A stretch of 39,037 bases of DNA from a virus (lineage: Duplodnaviria > Caudoviricetes). How positions within the stretch are numbered: the stretch's first letter is position 1; each line of letters opens with the position of its first letter. Position numbers and translations under genes: made by a program. Below, in pieces: positions 34,151-39,037 of this stretch. Where the stretch lies: positions 1 to 39,037 of the IMG/VR virus record IMGVR_UViG_3300027956_000022; one strand, written 5' to 3'. The notes under the pieces are model-generated. The model ran no database searches, was not told the origin of the DNA, and saw nothing but the letters and a program-made list of their open reading frames with translations.

Positions 34151-35058
34151 AGCACCTCGCGCCAGTCGACAGAGACAACGGCCTGCCACGTGCCGGTAGC
34201 TGGAACGGTGGCCCGGATGACGAATCCCTCCTGCGTCCCGAGGTTGAGCGGATACCGCTGCTTTTCCGGGGACCACAGGTTATGCTCGGCAAGAGCAACG
34301 GTCTGAACAGCAGTCCCCACCGTGAACTGAACGGAGGCGAGGGCGTCGGAGTCCAGAGTCCTCGTCCCCGCGGTAAGCGCCAGCGTGTTGGAGATCACCC
34401 CGGAACACGCCGAGGAGGCATCGCTGGTGCGACGCTTGCCGCCGTTTCCAGTCAGGGCGAGAAGGGTGCCTGGCGTCGTGGCTGAGGGCGGGCTCCCGGC
34501 CGTGCCGGCCGCCGTCGTCTGGGTGTAGCTGCCGTCGGCGTCCTCGAAGTACGAGGTATAAACGCCGGTCGTGGTCCCAACGTAGATCCGATAACCGGTG
34601 GCCCCAGCGTAAGCGGTACACACGTGCGCGATCGACGACGTAGCGCCGGTGGTGGTGACGTTGCGCTCAGCGCTTGGGGCAGTCTCGCCCCATGCCCCCA
34701 GCGCGGTAACGACGAAATAGTAGGTTGCGGCCGGAATGGTCCCGCCCGTACCTGACCCGACCGCCGAGGTATAGGCTGCCGCCGCCCATCCACCCTTGTC
34801 CGCCGCGGTGAATGCCCGGGCAGCCACCATGTCGACGAGACCGACCCCGGCTGCGAACCCTGCGGCAAGGGACCCCACAGACACGGAAACCCGGTCCACG
34901 AGCGCCCGCGCTCCGGTCTGCGACGCGACGTGGCGGAACGAGAAGATCGGAGAGGCGGCCGACGCCCCGGCCGCAATGGTTCCGGTCTTAGCCGCCGCGC
35001 TGTAGGCGCCGAGCTGCTGATTGTACCTGCCCGCTCCAACGAGGTCGCTCACGTGCAT
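34147..35058 (-). CDS. putative virion protein with an inserted FN3-like domain
   Basis: ATYYFVVTALG...GETAPSAE...GATGYRIYVGT motif; lies between portal and protease. Confidence 0.6.
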   Translation of the reverse strand: MHVSDLVGAGRYNQQLGAYSAAAKTGTIAAGASAASPIFSFRHVASQTGARALVDRVSVSVGSLAAGFAAGVGLVDMVAARAFTAADKGGWAAAAYTSAVGSGTGGTIPAATYYFVVTALGAWGETAPSAERNVTTTGATSSIAHVCTAYAGATGYRIYVGTTTGVYTSYFEDADGSYTQTTAAGTAGSPPSATTPGTLLALTGNGGKRRTSDASSACSGVISNTLALTAGTRTLDSDALASVQFTVGTAVQTVALAEHNLWSPEKQRYPLNLGTQEGFVIRATVPATGTWQAVVSVDWREVL

Positions 35059-36689
35059 AGCCTTTCCGCCGCAAGGTGCGGGGGCTCACCGGCGAGCACC
35101 GCATCCGCGATCGTCTTGACCCGCATATCCATCTCGGGGGTATTGTCACAAGTGGCCGCGCGACACTCGGCAATCAGCGCCGGTTCAATTCTCGCGCGAA
35201 GATCCGCCAGGTTGGCCTCGGCCTTTTCCGGCGCGTTCTTCTCAATGTCGCGGCGACGAGCAGACATCGCCCGCTCGAAGCGATCCAAGGCCACGGCAAC
35301 GCGCGCCACGTCGGCGGATCGGCGCGGCGGAGGCGCATCGTCCTCGGACTCCTCCTCCTCGTCAGCCTCTTCGGGCGCTGCGCCCGGAGCAACGACGGGC
35401 GGGGGGGGAGGCTTGAGCGCATCTTCGAGCCGGCGGATGGAGGACCCCACCACCAAAACATCCCCGTCGTCGCCGATGGAGTTGTCACCAAGGATTGCAC
35501 GCGCCTCGTTGCGCGTCTTGAGACCACCCGCAACGGCCTGATCCAGAGACGCCACCTGATCCTTGAACGACCCCATGACAAGACGGGTCAGGTCGTGAGC
35601 CACCTCGCGCCATGGCGCCCGCTGGGGGAACAGCTTGCGGGTAGCCTCGGCGTCAAACCGCTCCGCCCACGGAAGCAGGGCATTCCGGTAGAAGCCAAGA
35701 TACAGCTCAGAGAGGTTTGTCCACGCCTCGTTGTCGGCAAGTAGCGTGGTAGGAACCCCGAAGAAGCGCGCGATCTCGGCAACCTGAAACCGGCGCGACT
35801 CGACAAGTTGAGACTTCTGCGCATCGTGGTTGATCGGGGTGTAGTCGAGGCCCTGATCCAGAATCGGCGTTCCGTATTGCTTGCCGGCCCCGGAGAAGTT
35901 ACTGCGCCACCCCTCGCCAAAGTTCTTTTTTTGCTCCTGGGTTAGTGGCTTGTCCGTCTTGAGGATCCCGGCCATGACGGTGCCGTTCGCGAAGTACGCT
36001 GCCGCAAACACCTGCGACGCCTGCGCAATACCGACAGCCTTGGCTGCGCGATACAGAGTCGCGTCCCCAACCCACCCGTAAAGGCTGGGCCCGCGCAGAT
36101 GGAACATGTCCATCGGGTCAACACGCGCGACCCCGCCCTCTGGCTGCTGGACCTCGTAGAAGTACCCGGACTCGTCTCGCTTGGGGGTGACCCTGCCCGG
36201 TTCAATCGGCCACAGTGCGATAGGGTTTCCCGCGCGATCCCGCTGAATCTCGGCGTACCCGTTCCCATCGTTCGTGAGCGCCGGCCAAAAAAGCCCCTCC
36301 TCGATCGCCTGCGCTGTAGGGGCGTCAGGATGGAAGTCGATTCGCGCCCCATAGTTCAGCACCCGAGAGACAGGGTCGTTATGGAGCAGTTCCCGCTGAC
36401 CGTTGGCCTTCACCTCGTAGACCCGGATCGGCGCCGCCGCGAGCGAATCCACGATCAGGCGGCAGCACCCATAGAGCGCCGAAACCTGTAGCGCGTTCTC
36501 CGGTGTGACTGGCACGCCGGCCTCTGAAAGCCAGGGGTGCCTGAGCAGCCAATCCGGCGACCCGGGGTTGAGGTTCCCGGCGTTGCGCGCAGCCGCTCCC
36601 CCACGACGGGAGCGGGTAGACAGAACGCGAGTATGGGACTTGACGGTGATCGTCTGCTGCCGGGCAGGCGCCCGCTTCCGACGACTCAT
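35049..36689 (-). CDS. portal protein, HK97 family
   Basis: ALQVSALYGC, GNGY, LWPIEP, FHLRG, YFANG, IARFFGVP, TRNEAR. Confidence 0.95.
   Translation of the reverse strand: MSRRKRAPARQQTITVKSHTRVLSTRSRRGGAAARNAGNLNPGSPDWLLRHPWLSEAGVPVTPENALQVSALYGCCRLIVDSLAAAPIRVYEVKANGQRELLHNDPVSRVLNYGARIDFHPDAPTAQAIEEGLFWPALTNDGNGYAEIQRDRAGNPIALWPIEPGRVTPKRDESGYFYEVQQPEGGVARVDPMDMFHLRGPSLYGWVGDATLYRAAKAVGIAQASQVFAAAYFANGTVMAGILKTDKPLTQEQKKNFGEGWRSNFSGAGKQYGTPILDQGLDYTPINHDAQKSQLVESRRFQVAEIARFFGVPTTLLADNEAWTNLSELYLGFYRNALLPWAERFDAEATRKLFPQRAPWREVAHDLTRLVMGSFKDQVASLDQAVAGGLKTRNEARAILGDNSIGDDGDVLVVGSSIRRLEDALKPPPPPVVAPGAAPEEADEEEESEDDAPPPRRSADVARVAVALDRFERAMSARRRDIEKNAPEKAEANLADLRARIEPALIAECRAATCDNTPEMDMRVKTIADAVLAGEPPHLAAERLCT
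35122..35149 (-). promoter_or_regulatory. putative late promoter copy 5 (GTGACA-N16-TATGCG), inside the portal 3' end
   Basis: Same motif and spacing; about 64 nt before ATG 35058. Confidence 0.6.
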
Positions 36690-36727
36690 TGCACGCCTCT
36701 CCCGCGCGGAGGATTCCTCACGCGCCC

Positions 36728-36755
36728 CGCATATCCGAGAGACAATCAAACGCAA
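36728..36755 (-). promoter_or_regulatory. putative late promoter copy 6 (TTGCGT-N16-TATGCG)
   Basis: Intergenic, between terL and portal. Confidence 0.7.
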
Positions 36756-36759
36756 GGGG

Positions 36760-38553
36760 CTAGACAAACGTCAACGAGTCGCCCTCGTGCCTCCCGCCGG
36801 CCGAGTCTTGTCGCATTGCACCCGCAAGCGCCATGACGATCGCTACCACCCCGTCGATCTTGTTCTCTGGGCGCTCCTTGCGTGGATAAATGTTGTCCTT
36901 CGCGTCCCGGTGGCAGACAACGTTCCCGACCATCCACCGAAGAACGGGGTTAGCGTCGTGGTGGAACCGGCCATCTAGGACGAGCGCCTCTAGTTCCTTC
37001 ATCGGCCCGGAGAAGTTTTGGACCGTAGGGCGCATCTCGACCATGGGCAACCCCTCGGCTTGGAGCTCCGCCGCCAATTGAGTCGCCTGCCAAGGGTCGA
37101 AGTCCACCTCGCGGACCTCGAACCTCGCCCCATCGTCCAAGACGGCACGCCGGATCTCTCCGAAGTCGAGCACCTCCCCGGGCGTGGTAGCCAGTCGCCC
37201 ATCCCTCTCCCACCCGGAATAACTAGCGTTGCGCCCGTCAACAACCGCGGCCTCCGGCAGATAAGAGTCAAGGAAAGCGTAATAGTGCCGCTCAACCTCG
37301 CCAGCCTCGGCTTTCACCGCGTCCCGGTGCGGGAGGTCGCGCCAGAACAGGAGGACGCGCGCCGCAATGTCGGTCTTGCTGGCAAGATCAAGCCCCACCG
37401 TGCAGGCCTCGCCCGCGAAATCCTCGCGGGTCAACTTCGCGTCACCCGCGCGCTCCCATGCGGCCATGCTCATCCACGCTTGGTCGGCGTTGACCCACAC
37501 GTTGAGGTGTTTGGTGAGAAAGGCATTCTGCGCGCTAGCGACCTGCTGCGCCTTGCGGGCGAGTTGCGCGATCACGTCAGGCTGAACGCTGACCCCGTAG
37601 TTGGGGTTTGCCTTCCTCCATGTAGCCTCGGCCGTCCAGTCGTCGCCGTCATCCATCTCCCAGATCGCTGCGAACAGGGAGTCGTCCTGCACGTCACCGA
37701 GAAGCACCCGCCGCGCGTAGGAGTAGACCTCATGGCCGATCCCGGACGTGTCGCTTCCAGCCGTCGAAATCGTCCATAGCAGGGACCGAGACCGCTTGCC
37801 CGTGCCCGTCTCCATCACATCGTAGACTTCGCGCGTCCGGTGCGCGTGCAACTCGTCGAGAATCCCGCAGTGGATGTTGAGGCCGTCGAGGTTGTCGGCC
37901 TCGCGCGAGAGGGGGCGGAAGCTAGACCCGCTCGCCGCCTGGTAGATGCTGGACGCGGTAGGCGCCGATGGCGAGGTAACGCCCATCGTGTTCGCCAGCG
38001 CGGTCCCGTGTGGCGACTTGTTCAGCATCTGCCGCGCGGAGTCCCACACGATCCGCGCCTGCTCCCGCGTCGTCGCCGCCGCGTAGACCTCGGCGCCCCC
38101 CTCGCCGTCGGCCGCCAAGCAGTAGAGCCCGACCCCGGAAGAGAGAGCCGACTTGCCATTGCCGCGCGGAACGTAGATCGTCACCCGCCTGAACCGCCGG
38201 AGCGCCGTGCCGCGCCGCACCCACCCGAACGCGCCAGCGATCACGAAGCACTGCCACGGTTCCAGGCGGATCCGTTGACCGGCTAGGTCCCCCTTCACGT
38301 GCGGGAGCGCCTCTAGAAAGCGGCACGCCCGACCGGCGAGCGCCTCGGAGAACTCATAAGGCCACGCGGCGTCGGACCTCGACCGCTCCATGTCAGCGAG
38401 TTGGCGAGCACACGCGGCCACAGCCAGCTTGTTCGCCACGATCTCGCCAGCCACGACCGCCCGGCAGTAGTCCGTCGCCTTGACCACGTGCGGGTCGGCG
38501 AAGATCGACGACGCCGGAGCCTTCCGCTTCCGAGGTCCGCGCTTACCCGCCAT
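36760..38553 (-). CDS. terL: terminase large subunit
   Basis: LEPWQ, PRGNGKS Walker A, ILDELH Walker B, ISTAG, GLDLA, KIDGVVA. Confidence 0.96.
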   Translation of the reverse strand: MAGKRGPRKRKAPASSIFADPHVVKATDYCRAVVAGEIVANKLAVAACARQLADMERSRSDAAWPYEFSEALAGRACRFLEALPHVKGDLAGQRIRLEPWQCFVIAGAFGWVRRGTALRRFRRVTIYVPRGNGKSALSSGVGLYCLAADGEGGAEVYAAATTREQARIVWDSARQMLNKSPHGTALANTMGVTSPSAPTASSIYQAASGSSFRPLSREADNLDGLNIHCGILDELHAHRTREVYDVMETGTGKRSRSLLWTISTAGSDTSGIGHEVYSYARRVLLGDVQDDSLFAAIWEMDDGDDWTAEATWRKANPNYGVSVQPDVIAQLARKAQQVASAQNAFLTKHLNVWVNADQAWMSMAAWERAGDAKLTREDFAGEACTVGLDLASKTDIAARVLLFWRDLPHRDAVKAEAGEVERHYYAFLDSYLPEAAVVDGRNASYSGWERDGRLATTPGEVLDFGEIRRAVLDDGARFEVREVDFDPWQATQLAAELQAEGLPMVEMRPTVQNFSGPMKELEALVLDGRFHHDANPVLRWMVGNVVCHRDAKDNIYPRKERPENKIDGVVAIVMALAGAMRQDSAGGRHEGDSLTFV

Positions 38554-38968
38554 CGCCGCCCCCGGGGCCAAACTCGGCCAGATCGTTTTTCGGAGCATCC
38601 TTGCCGGCGGACATCACCCTCGCCCTCGACGCGGGGTCGAGACCGAACCGCTGTAGGAACGACGACGCCACCTGCATGAGCCGTACCGCCGCGGTCGCTG
38701 GCATGTCGGACAGGTCCGAGTCCGCCATCGCCACGCTTTTGACCGCAAGCCGAAACGAGGTGTAGTCCGAGAAGGTGTAACAGCCCGTCGCGTCCACTTG
38801 GGCCGCAAGCTCAACCCAAATCGCCCGCTCGCCGGGCCCCAGCGACTTGGGAGGCGGCGGAACCACGGCCCGGTCAAGCACCGGCTCCCCGGTGTTGACG
38901 CGACGCGCATCAAGCGTGCCAGCCATCGCCTTGAGCGCCGTGGGCTTTCTGTTGTGTCCGCCCCTCAT
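38543..38968 (-). CDS. terS: terminase small subunit (P27-like)
   Basis: RKPTALK...PPKSL...W...FGLDPASRAR motifs; directly before terL. Confidence 0.85.
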   Translation of the reverse strand: MRGGHNRKPTALKAMAGTLDARRVNTGEPVLDRAVVPPPPKSLGPGERAIWVELAAQVDATGCYTFSDYTSFRLAVKSVAMADSDLSDMPATAAVRLMQVASSFLQRFGLDPASRARVMSAGKDAPKNDLAEFGPGGGDGG

Positions 38969-39023
38969 GGGTGGGTGATTATACCCTCAGGCACGCAAAT
39001 ACCCGAAACCCCGTTGGTGCGTG

Positions 39024-39037
39024 CGCGAAAATTTCAA
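39024..39037. repeat. terminal direct repeat CGCGAAAATTTCAA (right copy)
   Basis: Identical to 1-14. Confidence 0.85.

Noticed and set aside
36690-36767. Upstream start extensions in the ORF track (portal, protease, terL, gp10-like and others)
   Set aside because: Downstream starts with SD or stop-start overlaps fit better; the portal extension would overlap promoter copy 6
14356-38286. Many long plus-strand ORFs antisense to late genes (e.g. 19084-19998, 23476-24543, 26377-27456)
   Set aside because: Expected shadow ORFs in high-GC coding DNA; no SD, motifs or operon logic

Overview
The window appears to be a complete, GC-rich, HK97-like siphovirus genome of about 39 kb. It opens between the HNH and small terminase genes, and the same 14 bp (CGCGAAAATTTCAA) sits at both ends. 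The minus-strand late arm runs HNH, terS, terL, portal, an extra FN3-like virion gene, ClpP-type protease, major capsid, a decoration/head-fibre block, head-tail genes, tail tube, frameshifted chaperones, a short tape measure, tail-tip genes, a lysis cassette, a GDPD-bearing fibre and a metallophosphoesterase. A back-to-back promoter pair at about 7040-7120 drives two early arms. The leftward arm holds a Cro-like HTH, a DNA methyltransferase, a replication initiator with iterons, a PAPS-reductase-like gene, a DUF4406-like gene and RusA. The rightward arm holds an XF1762/Mom-like gene, many small ORFs, a Sak4-like ATPase and an HNH. I recognised no integrase, CI repressor or tRNA. The most notable non-gene signals are (1) six copies of a non-canonical promoter-like motif, (T/G)(T/A)G(A/C)NN-N16-TATGC(G/A)GG, each placed before a late module, and (2) a three-hairpin leader RNA with complementary (kissing) loops in front of the replication operon. 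All family calls come from motif recognition by eye, without database searches. The host is unknown; a GC-rich Gram-negative host, possibly Myxococcota, is inference only.
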